Source: Octopus vulgaris
Lineage: Eukaryota
Reading direction: 5' to 3'
Assembly (NCBI GenBank): GCA_951406725.2
Contig: OX597821.1
Coordinates: 85,126,001 to 85,190,000, forward strand
Length of the DNA: 64,000 nucleotides
Below the pieces are notes generated by a model that saw only the letters and a program-made list of their open reading frames with translations, made no database searches and had not been told where the DNA came from. Of the stretch, positions 52,350 to 64,000 are shown piece by piece (position 1 is the stretch's first letter; every line of letters starts with the position of its first letter). Position numbers and translations under genes: made by a program.

Positions 52350-54370
52350 CCACATGGTGGACCAATACCTGCTACACTCCTAAAATATCTTGACTGAAAT
52401 GGAGCACAGTCCTTCTCCCTCTTCCCTAAGATCTGTGGACTCTTATTCAATTCAGACCCTCAACCACCTAACAAAAACCAAACTTCTTATTTCTCACCAA
52501 GACTTAATTTTTTCATTCTTCTTATCTGAATCCATTTGCTGTCCAGGTTACTCTCTATACTCGAATGGTGGTCTCTCTACAAATATAGACTTTGCTCTCT
52601 CTGCCTCTGACTTCTCACTCTGATGTCTGTAACAAAGTCTTCCAGTTACTTTGGTTCAGTCTCACTCCTCCACTCTTCTGAATATATCTGCTGCATTAAC
52701 CATTTTCTGAACACCTTCAACCACTGTTGCTCTCCTCATATTAATGATATCTATCTCACTTCAACCATCTGTGGCTGATTCTCTCACTCACTTCATATTG
52801 ACTTCATTAGTGCAGTAACCAATTCTTTTGCAATTAACACTTTACACTTAGTTTATTCCTACATGGATCTTTAGCATACACTTTTGGTCTCTTTTCCATC
52901 ATCTGCACCCATCAGATCACCCAATCTTTCAGTTGGTTCATTTTGCTCAAAACTTTTTACTTGTACAAACAGTACAGCCTACAACACTTGGAGAAAATCA
53001 CCTACCCTACAAACAGGATGGCATTTACCTATTACCATAACTTATGCATAACTGTCCTCCAAATACAAAAGATACCTGCTCTGTATCACTGCTCTAAAAT
53101 GTGTTGCCTCTGAACTGCAGCCATTCTTTCTGATTCCTTTCAAAAGTAATGTCTACCAATTTAAAGGTCTTGCCATCCCTGTACTTTTCAACCATGATGG
53201 GGTTTTTTAAGTAGTCCTTCCTTAGAAAAAGCTCTACCTCTGTTGGCTGCTTTGCATCCAGCTCCCCACTGCACATGCTTGGTAAATTTCAAAGGCTATC
53301 TCTATACACCAGGCCCCGCCATCACCACAGATACATGCATACCAATTGGAAAAGCACTTCCAATTACTTCAAACAAGCCCCGAATTTAACCTCTGACCTT
53401 GCTCTCTCTCTACAAGTATCTATCCTAATCTTAAGAAGCATTCAACAGTGTGTCCCCTGATCAAGAAACATAGCCCCTCTTACTTGCCAGCTAGAAATTT
53501 TGTGAAATGTATTTCTCTCTCTCTCTCTCACATACACATTTGCATTCTGATCAACTCTGGTATACCTCATGTTTCTTTTTCTCCCCACTCTGTCTTCTAT
53601 CCATCAAAGTATAGCTTACTATCACCTCTAAATTTCTTATGCTGATTACAACACCTTACAGTTTTGCTTAACATTTACAACAAGCATCATTTACATTCAG
53701 TTTTGACAACTTCCTTATAGGGACCTCAAAACACTCTCTAATGATATCATGCTAATTTTGTCTCCTTCAGGGACACAATCATTACAGTATTGTAGCCTAT
53801 CCTTAAACATGAACGGCGTATAATTAGAACTCTCAAGGTTACTACTAAAGCTAGTCTTCACCATTTCTACAAATTTGTCTTGGCATTTGCACACAACTCT
53901 CAACATCACAATTACTGGCCTTCAGTATTTGATAATATTTCAGCTCCTCAACAACCAATGATTCCTTTACAAAGCTCTAATGAAATCCATAAGGGAATAC
54001 TATTCCCACATCTGGGATGGTGCTGCTGCTACACTATGTTCTTGACTTCATCCTCCCTCCCCACAAAAAACCACACGACTGATTGGCATGGAGTTGCACT
54101 TGACACTACACTGCAACCTCTGGCTTATGGATGTGCTGTGTCCTTGCTTTAATACATTGACTTCTCCACACAGCTTACTGATTTTATATCACCTTCATTC
54201 AGGCACTCACACGTTTTTCTTCCTTTGGTTTCTCATGTTATATCTCTCCTGCAAGCCCTGCACTTACTAATATGCCTGGTCCATACTTTCCGGAACCTTG
54301 CCTCTCTAGAATTTCCATCCTTTCCAGAAAATGCAGATTTCAGCTTGCAAGCTGTTCAAGAGAAGCCTAG
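52350..54370 (+). mobile_element. Possible highly decayed LINE relics (APE-like and ORF2 C-terminal fragments)
   Basis: Scattered fragments (CPGYSL..GG, SDH at about 52913, WDGAA, TLQPLA) in C/T-rich sequence; no intact frame. Confidence 0.35.
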
Positions 54371-54811
54371 GCAGCATCAATTTCATCAATTTGTGACAGC
54401 TTGCAAAGGCTATATGCAGGACTCTTTCTTTTGGGGGTCAAACCAATTAAAAATACTCGTGAAAAGTGTAGATATCAGTGGAAAAACTAATTTCAAACAA
54501 AAAAAAAACTTGTATAATATATTTGTTTTGCTTAGATGGAGGCTAAACATTTTATTCGGCAATGTAGGACAATAAAATGAATACCTTGTTTTTCCTTTGA
54601 TCTTGTCTTTCTTGTCTCGCTGTCGTATCTCTTATCAAAAAAAAATAATGCACACACATCCTGAAATAGGACATTGACATTATATATAAAATATGTCTGT
54701 CTGTATTTCACATTTGCATAGATTGGGTGGATTTGAAGTTTCCAGTTGTCTGCAAATGTCTCCTTAATGAACTTGTGCAGTAGTTGTTATATGTTCAGCT
54801 GATGCAGAAGT

Positions 54812-55117
54812 TCATCATCATCATCATCGTTTAACGTCCGTTCTCCATGCTAGCATGGGTTGGACGGTTCAACTGGGGTCTGTGAGCCAGGAGGCTGCAC
54901 CAGGCCGAGTCTGATCTGGCGGAGTTTCTACAGCTGGATGCCCTTCCTAACACCAACCACTCCGTGAGTGTAGTGGGTGCTTTTTACATGCCACCTGCAC
55001 AGGTGGCAGACGGATCTGGCAAATGGCCACGGACAGATGGTGCTTTTTATGTGCCACCGGCACAGGGGCCAGGCGAGGCTGGCAACGGCCACGATCGGAT
55101 GGTGCTTTTTACGTGCC
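54812..55117 (-). mobile_element. Retroposon family D
   Basis: (CAT)n plus reverse-complement body; further degenerate copies at about 56920-57110 (+), 57478-57627 (-) and 40005-40210 (+). Confidence 0.8.
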
Positions 55118-55352
55118 TATCAGTTGAAACTTAGTTCAGTGAGAAAGGCAATTACTGTTTTAGTAAGGTAAACCAAATATTGAGTAGGGGGTACAGCAGA
55201 ACTGGAGTTGTTGACCTTGAAAGGTCGGTTACCTTCACTTGTTACTGTGCAGAGCTCACAGTAAGAGGAAGAATTTGTTAGTGGCAGTGCCCACCTCTAA
55301 AGCAACTAAGAGAGTTTAGATATTCAATTTGAAAATCTGTTGGATGAGATGT

Positions 55353-55580
55353 TTAACCGTTTTGTTACCAACCCAGCTGAAACCGGCTTCAGTTCTGAGT
55401 ACAAATGTCTTGTTTACATAAGTTTTGAATTAAAATCTTCCACCAAACCTTAGTCACAATTTATGTTCCTAACACTAGCTGAATGATAACTAAGTTATTT
55501 TACTAAATTCTTTGTTATATTTAAAGTAATTGAAAGAAACACAGAGCATCTCAAAATAAATACAGTAACAAAAGAATTAA
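55353..55580. mobile_element. TTAA-type MITE, second family
   Basis: TTAACCGTTTTGTTAC...GTAACAAAAGAATTAA; reverse complement of 59709-59926. Confidence 0.65.
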
Positions 55581-56000
55581 AGACAAAATGTGAAAAATAA
55601 GGTGGGATTCCAAAAAAATGGTAGGTTGGATGAAGCATTTAGCACAGGTCTGAAAAGTGAGACACAGCAAGGTTGATAAGAGAAAACTGATTGGTCTTAG
55701 TAGAGAGATATATCCTGCTAAATAGTTCACCATTCCAAATATGTGAGTAGTATTTTCATTGTGTCTTATTTCAGAGAGGGTAAGCAATTGCAAAAACTGC
55801 AACTTTCATGGTCCCAAACAGAAATATTAGTTTCGATGCAGTTTTATTGGAATAAGAATAAATCCAATTTTCTGTTACTCATTTTCAAATTTCAGAATAA
55901 TTTCTTTCTTTTTTTCTATTTCCTTCAAGTATTTCCATCTTAATATTTTTTTCCATCTTGCTTTCAGATTGTTTGTATTATTACTTGATCACTCCTCTCT

Positions 56001-56123
56001 ATGCCGCTTGAAGATTCCTCCGAAATTATGAGACGCCAAATGAACATCGTAGTCCCAGAACTGCTTCCCAATCCTTCCCACAAGGAGCTTGTAGCTCAAC
56101 TGATAGAAGATCGCAAAAAAACG
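56001..56123 (+). CDS. ODC1: Ornithine decarboxylase coding exon 1 (exon begins 55968; start ATG 56001 or 56028)
   Basis: Acceptor CTTTCAG| at 55967. MPLEDSSEIMRRQMNIVVPELLPNPSHKELVAQLIEDRKKT, then GTAAGT donor in phase 0, compatible with the next exon. Confidence 0.8.
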
Positions 56124-56773
56124 GTAAGTTCTTTACAGTTGATTTGTTGTTCTTAAAACCCAAAATGGTAGATGTCAAAATTCATGGATCAGCTGACAAA
56201 ATGCCTTACCAATGGATGTCTCAGTGGATGTCTCTACACTTTAAATTCAAATCTTGTTGGGGGTCAACTTCGCTTTTCATATTTGGTTTTATACTTTGTG
56301 AGCCACTACTACATGTAGTGACATAACAGCAGTTGTTAGGGTAGTTGGTTATATTATGAACCACTGTTTTTATCATCCTTGCCTACTTGTTTGTCTTGCT
56401 TATTGAGCAGATTATTTGGTTATTGAGTGTGCAGTTCTACTCTATTTCACATGCTGTTTGTCGAGAAAGCTACAAATTGCAAAACTTTTATGAAAACTCT
56501 ACATTGACAACCATAGATACAAAGCAGGATATAGTATTTTTCTCAGATATTTTTTCAAAATACATTCAAATAAAAATGATACACAATAAAAAAAACTGTT
56601 TTCATTTAGTAACTTAATATTAGGTCAAATATTACTCCTGATAATAAAAGATTGCAAACCACTGACTGTAAAGTACCTTGGTTAACTGTTACCATTTCTA
56701 TAGAATTAATTCACCTCTTGTTATGTAACAGCAAGTAAATTGTAGTTCTAACTGTAATTATTTTGTTCTACAG

Positions 56774-56870
56774 GGATGTGAAGATGCTTTCACCATTTGC
56801 AACATTGGTGATATTATTGAAAAGTATTGTAACTGGAATGTCAAACTACCAAGAATCAAGCCATTTTATG
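56774..56870 (+). CDS. ODC1: Ornithine decarboxylase coding exon 2
   Basis: GCEDAFTICNIGDIIEKYCNWNVKLPRIKPFY matches ODC DAFYVADLGDI...W...LPRVTPFY; AG/GTAAGT boundaries. Confidence 0.95.
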
Positions 56871-57786
56871 GTAAGTACTATTGTACTTGAGAATATATTG
56901 CATGTCCTAAAAACAAGCTGCCATGTAAAAAGCATTAGTGTGGGTGCTGGTGCTGCATAAAAAGCACCCAGTATACTCTTTGGAGTGGTTGACATTAGGA
57001 AGGACATCCAGCTGTAGAAACCAAGCTAAAATAGACTGGAACTTGGTGTGGCCCCTAGCCTTACCAGTTCAGACCATACCAGCATGGAAAACAGATGTCA
57101 AATGATGATGCTATCTCGGTACTGTATGTAAAGAATCTATTGACAATGAATTCTTCCAAGTATTTCATTGTATTAGAAAATATTTACAACTGTTTATGTT
57201 GCCAGAGAAAGGTCTTCGTGATAGTATAAGGGTCATGTGTTCTAATTTTGCTACAACCTTTGTGCTGTGTCTCACCTCTCTGCCTAACTCAACAAAAGGT
57301 GCTGCTACTACTGCTGCTTCATTGTTGAGTAGTTCATGATACAAAGGGCGATATAAACTACTTCTTCCAACATTGTGTAAATGTCCAAAATATAGGCACA
57401 GATCTATTTATTTCTTATATAAGAACCGAGAATCAAATTTTGCTGCGGTTATATTGTTTAGAGAAATGACTCCTGGATTCATCATCATCATCGTCTAACA
57501 TCAGTTTTCCATGCTAGCATGGGCTAGATGGTTTGATTGGGGTCTGGGAAGCCAGGAGGATGCACCAGGCTCCAGTCTGATCCTGCAGTGTTTCTACAGC
57601 TGGATGCCCTTCCTAATGCCAACCACTATGGAAGTAACTCTACCAAAAGTTTAAAGATACTCATTAATGGATGAATCTATAGACTAATGTTTTTAAAAAG
57701 CCAGTTAACCTCATATTATTGTGTAAATAATTGCCACCATTGCAACATAGAGGAAGCTTCAGTATAATCTCTGGGTTTACTTTCAG

Positions 57787-57863
57787 CTGTTAAGTGCAAT
57801 GATGATCCTGTGGTTCTGAAGACCTTGGTCAGCCTTGGAACAGGATTTGATTGTGCCAGTATG
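57787..57863 (+). CDS. ODC1: Ornithine decarboxylase coding exon 3 (PLP-binding Lys)
   Basis: [26 protein letters not shown] completes PFYAVKCN and contains GFDCAS; AG/GTGAGT boundaries. Confidence 0.97.
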
Positions 57864-59708
57864 GTGAGTTTGTCTTAACATTCTCGCACTCTTAAAGCCT
57901 TCTAGTTTTTCACCGACATCATCGTCTCTTTCCATCACTTCATATTTTCTCTCTGCTCCATCTCTCACACCCATCTAAATGTTACACGGTATAATTACAC
58001 ATTGTTGCCTCTCACTATTACAAATTAACATTTTTCGAAATGAGAAGCATTGCAATGTTTTCATTAAAGCTTCGGCTGGATATTTCCATCAAGTATTGAA
58101 TGATGTAGCAGGTTTAGTATTCTACTAAATAACACGGTGTAAAGGTCACGCAGTAGTGTTGGCTGTATTCAACTACTCACTGCCTTTAAACTAGATAAGT
58201 TTATCAACTCCTCTATCCCAATTAATTTCATCATTAACTTTGTTAAAGTAGATCAGTAGCTCCTTTGCTTTGCTTCCATATTTAGCTTTGTTGGATGTCT
58301 TGTGATTAGATTTTTGAGGTCAACCTGTATTTAGTGTCAGTTGCTTTCAAAATCTGATGTTGACCTTCTAATTTGTCTCTGACATTGTGGGTTTTTTATT
58401 GTTTTTAATTCCCTCTCAATGTTGTTTCACTGATTTTTTTTTTTTTTATTCTTTTACTGGTTTCAGTCATTGGACTGCAGCCATGCCAGGGCACTGCCTT
58501 CCAGAACTTTTAGTCGGTCATATCAGCCTCAGTACTTATTTCAGTCTCGTACTTATTTTATCAAGTGGCTAAGATAATATTTTAACACAACACAACTTTT
58601 TTTTTTAAACTGACTGCATTGGTAAACACACACACACATAGATACAGACATATACACACACACAAGTCATGCATCAAAACAATCAAATGTTAATTGAAGC
58701 GTCACCCCATGCATTTGAGGGGGCTTTTGGGGTGCTCTCTCTCTCTCTCTCTCTCTCTCCAAAGTTTCATCATGTACAGGCTTCCTTAAAAAATCAATTC
58801 ATGGTGAAATTTCAAAAATCACTGTCAACCTTTTCCCTGTAAAAATTGCACACACACACACGACAAGCTTTTGCAGAATTTCTGTCTACCAAATTCCACT
58901 CAATATATTGGCCAACCCAAGATTATAAGTAAATACTTGTTCAAGCTGCTGTACCATGGGGTCAGACCCAGAATCATGTTTGCTGTGGTGCAGACCTAGT
59001 GCATGCAAAATAATTTAGATGTTAGATGTCTGTGTGATAACACATGATTTGTCAATGAAGAGTTTGTAGTTGAACAATCAATAACAAAAAAAAACTGCTC
59101 TGTATTTATTCCCTGTCTTTGCAATGTTAGAAAGCAGGACTCCTGAAAATTGGACGTGAAGATGTTATAGAATCTTTTGGATCATGAATACTTGTTAATT
59201 AATAGTATATATTAAAGATTTCATAGCTGATCTAAGATAAAGAAGACAGTTTATTTGGAACTATAAGGGTGCTGATATTTGAATTATCATCTTTTGTATT
59301 TTTACGTGTTACAGTGTGTAAGCACACTGTTCTCCACATGATACACAATTCTTTGATAAATTCCTCGCTGTAAACATAAAACTGTGGGACTTGGTTTTAG
59401 ATGTTTACAATGCTGCATCCGTGTTTAATCTTTAGTTGGTTTTTTTTTTTTGCATACAAATTGTATTCACGACATGTATTTCATAGACTTAAAGAATTCC
59501 TATTTATAATGTCATGTTTATACTCTATAAATTTCTTGTTTGACAAAAATCAAAATCTTTGAAGAACCATTACTAAGAGAATCAATCATTCAGCCATTTC
59601 TTTTCTCTGTGAAACCCAGTTTTCAGTTCATTATTTTACAACATAGTCAGTATGTTGAATGTGTTGTAGAATTATGTCACAGTACCATCCTTAGTACAGT
59701 AGCAACAC

Positions 59709-59926
59709 TGAACCCTTTCGTTACTGTATTTATTTTGAAATGCTCTGTTTCTTTCAATTACTTTAAATATAACAAAGAATTTCGTTAAATAACTTTATCA
59801 TTAAGCTAGTGTTAGGAACATAAATTGCTACTAGGTTTTGGTGGAAGATTCAAAATTTATGAAAACAAGACATTTGTACTACAGAGCCAGTGCCGATTTC
59901 AGCCAGGTTGGTAACGAAAGGGTTAA
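59709..59926. mobile_element. TTAA-type MITE, second family
   Basis: TIRs CCCTTTCGTTAC / GTAACGAAAGGG followed by TTAA. Confidence 0.75.
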
Positions 59927-60141
59927 TTACCCTCCCTCATTTACTTAACTGTGACAATGAGGCGTGAAAAGACTGAAACTGCCACTGAATATCAAGATAT
60001 TGTTTGCTATGTTTAGTTACTCAAAAGCTTGTGATTTTGTTAGTAAATTATGGTCTAAAAGAACCTGTCGAGAAATATATGCTAAGAGAGCTGTTCCTTT
60101 GTCGATATATTAAACATGAAGTCTTTTGTCTTTTTTTACAG

Positions 60142-60314
60142 ACTGAAATCTCGAAAATCTTGAAACTCGGTGTATCTAGTGACAACATTATTTATGCCAA
60201 CCCATGCAAGCAAAAATCATTCATAAGATATGCTGCAAAGAATAATGTCTCTTTGATGACATTTGACAATGAAACAGAACTGTACAAGATTAAAGAACTC
60301 TATCCAGATGCCAA
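60142..60314 (+). CDS. ODC1: Ornithine decarboxylase coding exon 4
   Basis: TEISKILKLGVSSDNIIYANPCKQKSFIRYAAKNNVSLMTFDNETELYKIKELYPDA; IIYANPCK and MTFD motifs. Confidence 0.97.
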
Positions 60315-60983
60315 GTAAATATCCTTTACACTATTTTGATCACATTTCTCAGTTTTTAATGTAACTATTTGAGGTTTACATAAGGTTTACGTTTGAGGTT
60401 TACATAAACTTGTGCGATTATTTTTCATTATAGTAAATCTTATTTTGAACTGATTTTATGACCCTTCATTTTCTAAATAGTTGTCTTGCAGGAAAGACCT
60501 TAAAACTACACACTCTTGTCTAACTAGTGCTAACATAGAAGAACAGTTAATAACAACCTTTTAGCATTTAAATTGGCCGTATTTTGTGCCTGTTTTATAT
60601 ACTCAGACTGGCCAGATCCAGCCACTCACCCCATCCTATAATGTCATTCTGAAAATAACCAATCATACCATTGAAATCTTATAGCTATGAGATTATGCAT
60701 CATAGTTAATTCAAAACAATGTGAATAATTAAGCATTGCATTTGAGAGAGTAATTTTCATGCTAAAGACCAAGATGGTAAGAGACTGGTCTATTTATAGC
60801 TCTTCCATAATGGGGTTTTATTAATTTTTTTCTTTCATTTACTTTGAGATGGTTTTGCCAAATTTGTGATAAAATATTTAAGATAGTATAATCAATCCAA
60901 TAAAAGCTATATCTTTGCAAAATGGCAATTACAAAATCCCAAACAACATTGCTAATTGTCATTCCTTTATCGTTCTTTCTTAG

Positions 60984-61121
60984 ATTGGTTATCAGGATCC
61001 TTCCTCCAAGTGACTATAAGGTTCAGTGTGAACTAAGCCTGAAGTTTGGATGCCTGCTGAAAACAGTGCCATCTCTACTGAAGAGAGCAAAAGACCTTGA
61101 CTTAAAAGTCGTTGGTGTCAG
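60984..61121 (+). CDS. ODC1: Ornithine decarboxylase coding exon 5
   Basis: LVIRILPPSDYKVQCELSLKFGCLLKTVPSLLKRAKDLDLKVVGV; LSxKFG and VVGVS motifs; phases match both neighbours. Confidence 0.97.
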
Positions 61122-62066
61122 GTATGTATGAATACTTTTGGGTTTGTCATAATTGAAGGTGTTTAAGTAAATATAATAATGGGTATTTTTTAATATCATA
61201 ATCACAATTCAGTTTTTTAAGTTATCAATATTTACATGAGCAAAACACCAAAGCAATACATGGAGAAGAATATTATGATTCTTAATTTAACAAGTATGAT
61301 TATAATGTTCTTTCCAGTATCCAGGTGATGGTCTTTAAATTGAGACCTGGATACTTTGCAAAGTAAATGTAAGTCCTATTACCAACCAAGAAAGACTGTC
61401 CATTGATGAAGGGGTGGTAGAATTTAAAGGCCTTCAAGCAATATATCCCAGATAAGCCATAAAATAAGAGATGAAGGTTTGGAAGATTTGTGAAGTGGAC
61501 ACTGAGTATTGTTGCAATTTGGTTTTATAAAGAAGACAATGGTCAATCAGTGTGCAATATGAGCTGGAAATCATCGTTTCCATACAATGTGGCTGAAAGC
61601 CATATAGCATTTTTTTGACTGATATTTCAGACAAATTTGTGGGCTTAGAAGCTGTAGCTATGTATACTAGTGCTGTAAAGATTGCAATCTGTTGGATATA
61701 AAGAAGTGAACATCCAATGACACAAAGGAAATTTGCAAGCAGCTCTGAGCAGAAACAATCTTGTGTCCGACCACTTGTGGATGAAAATAGCTCATTGTTT
61801 GTACATCTCAATTACTACAATTGTATGGGTGGTGTAGCCTGGATGACTCAGATGATGAGCTATTACATAATTGTTTGAGTAGTAAGTAGCAGTAACTTGA
61901 TTTGGTATAGAGTAGATACAAGTATGTGATGTATTCAAAAATTGCTGCCATTTTAAATTCATTAGTTTTTCCTTGTTAGACCATGTACAGTCTATATTTT
62001 ACATTTCTTTTCTTTTTTTCCTGCCAAAAATGTAATAATAATCGGATAAATTTATTCTGGTTACAG

Positions 62067-62232
62067 CTTCCATGTTGGCAGTGGATGTCAAGAAGCAGCA
62101 GCCTATGAAGTTGCTATCCGAGATGCACGCCATGTCTTTGATGTTGCTGAAAAGTTTGGCTACAATTTAACACTCTTAGATATAGGAGGAGGCTTTCCTG
62201 GACATGAAATTCCGGAAATAACCTTTGACGAG
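62067..62232 (+). CDS. ODC1: Ornithine decarboxylase coding exon 6
   Basis: SFHVGSGCQEAAAYEVAIRDARHVFDVAEKFGYNLTLLDIGGGFPGHEIPEITFDE; FHVGSG and LDIGGGF motifs. Confidence 0.98.
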
Positions 62233-63426
62233 GTAAGTTGTATATCTCATCTCTTGTCCTTTTTTCTTATATATATATATTTTTTTTTTTCTTTTACTTG
62301 TTTCAGTCATTTGACTGCAGCCATGCTGGAGCACCGCCTTTAAAGATAGATAGATACTATTAATGGCTTACTCAATGGAAGAAGGGTACCATCCATGATC
62401 TTCTTGAGATCATTGGAAGAAAGTTAACCTCAAACTACAATCTTGGTTGGAATACCTATAGATGATATTCAGGTGCCATGTTGGACTGAAATTCTCTGTT
62501 TTATAGAACTGGTCTGATCTGACCTCTCACTCCTACCCTACACTGTCACTCTAAAAATAGGCAATTACATTTGACTGTAATCTGAATGCTAAGTAGTTAA
62601 ATTAAGCAATGGAACAACATAAACTCCCACCTCTGACTTCAACTTGGTTTCAGTCTACCAAATTTCACTTACATTGGTTGACTCAAGACTTGCCCAAAGG
62701 GAGACATTGTAGGATGCAGTAGAATCAAACTCCGGCACATGCAGTTGCAATGTGTACATCTTAACCACAGGATTGTGCCCGGCATTGTGTTAATAAAAAC
62801 TTCAATTTGAGTTCAGGCTCAGATAGATATGGAAGCTGGGGGTTGGAGGAATCAGGACAAATGGAGTGCAGTGGTATGGACATGTGTTGAGGAAGGGTGT
62901 GGATCATGTTCTGAGGAGAGTGAATGAACCATGAAAGCAAGGTTGACCAAAGAAAACATGGAAGAGATTGGGAGGGTTGGCTTCAGGAGGGAGGATGTCC
63001 CAAACTGGGCAAGATGGTGTGAGAGCAGTTGCTGTAGGAGTGAGGTAGATCCAGACAAACCCGTTAACAGGGGACAAAACTGGATTCAAAATATTGGACA
63101 AGAAGAAGAATTTTACCTCTTTGAAAGACAGTTTGAAAAGCTGGACTCTTCAAGTAATTGTTTGTAAAGTGTCTATACTGTGATTGTGTGTGTGTGTATC
63201 CCCCATCCTTGTACTGCTTGTAACAGTATCATGTCTAGCCAATACTTTTGTCTTTGAAGATGTTAAAATGTTTGTATTTAATTCCAATAGTTTTACTGTT
63301 TTAAGTCTGTATTATTATTATTTAGTAGTTGTAGTAGTAGCAGCAGCTGCTCTAGTAACATGAGCCGTCTCTTAATCATTTCAATTGACTTTGAATGCTG
63401 TTAAATGTGGTTTCTCTCTTTTCTAG

Positions 63427-63586
63427 ATTGCTGAAGTTATAAATGAGTCACTGGATATTTACTTCCCTCCTTCATGTGGGGTGGACATCATCGCTGAACC
63501 AGGCCGGTACTTTGTATCTTCAGCATATACCCTTGGAGTGAATATCATAGCTATGAGGGTAACAAGTAGAGATGAGAATGCGCTTG
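63427..63586 (+). CDS. ODC1: Ornithine decarboxylase coding exon 7 (gene continues past the window)
   Basis: IAEVINESLDIYFPPSCGVDIIAEPGRYFVSSAYTLGVNIIAMRVTSRDENAL; IIAEPGRY motif; GTAAGA donor at 63587. Confidence 0.97.
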
Positions 63587-64000
63587 GTAAGAATCAACTT
63601 CTTTTCAAAAATCTTTTAGTTTCTGCAAGCTCTACACACAATAATACTAGATTATAAATGCCAATGCTATAGACGTTGATTGTTACACTTTCATCGATCA
63701 ATCCCTTCTCAAACTGAAGTCTCTTTTTTTTTTCCTTAACCTAGCCTTAATCACAGTTTCAAGTACTGACTTCCTATATGGTCCTATTTACTTCCCTACA
63801 TTGGTACCTCATGTAACATCAACATTTGCAGCTTGAGACAAAGCTGTCATTACTTGCAGACTAATTTTAGTTATCCACAAGAAAATACAGAATTTTAGTC
63901 CCAAGTTAAATGATGAAATGAATTCAGATTTAAAATGAATTGACCTAAGTGAAAACAATTCAAAATGTACATCTGCTGTGTATTATCTAAGTATTTAAGC

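Noticed and set aside
53094-53276. Protein-like minus-strand ORF (ELFLRKDYLKNPIMVEKYRDGK)
   Set aside because: No recognisable family or splice context; it lies within decayed repeat-like sequence and needs a BLASTX search to resolve.
42962-56003. uCC stop is in frame with ODC (66 spliced nt), suggesting a readthrough or edited UAG>UIG fusion protein
   Set aside because: An in-frame TGA in the start exon (ATT ACT TGA, 55986-55988) blocks fusion. The hairpin around the UAG is only about 5 bp, too short to argue for ADAR editing.
56001-63586. Calling the gene antizyme inhibitor (AZIN) because of the uCC
   Set aside because: All visible active-site motifs are ODC-type. Antizyme-inhibitor activity cannot be fully excluded without the 3' exons.

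Overview
AT-rich, repeat-dense animal genomic DNA; the SINE repertoire suggests Octopus (inference). One host gene is supportable: a + strand ornithine decarboxylase (ODC) spanning about 25.8 kb to beyond the window end. Seven coding exons (56001-63586) splice in frame and retain the catalytic motifs. The key observation is in its 5' leader. Two distant exons (ending 25971; 42863-42997), separated by a 16.9-kb intron, splice into an AUU-initiated 49-codon uORF ending ...FNFNAEPPWDPS*. This matches the polyamine/eIF5A-sensing uCC described for AZIN1/ODC homologs and is invisible to the supplied ORF track. It is preceded by two tiny overlapping AUG uORFs (ML*, MC*), and its second exon is flanked by inverted SINEs. 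The rest is mobile DNA: several SINE families, a Tigger/pogo transposase relic, an RLE-type (R4/Dong-like) retrotransposon 3' end, two Helitrons, TTAA MITEs, LINE relics, three short elements with minimal hammerhead-like motifs, a satellite and microsatellites. Almost all ORFs in the supplied track are spurious repeat translations. All readings were done by eye, and repeat boundaries are approximate.
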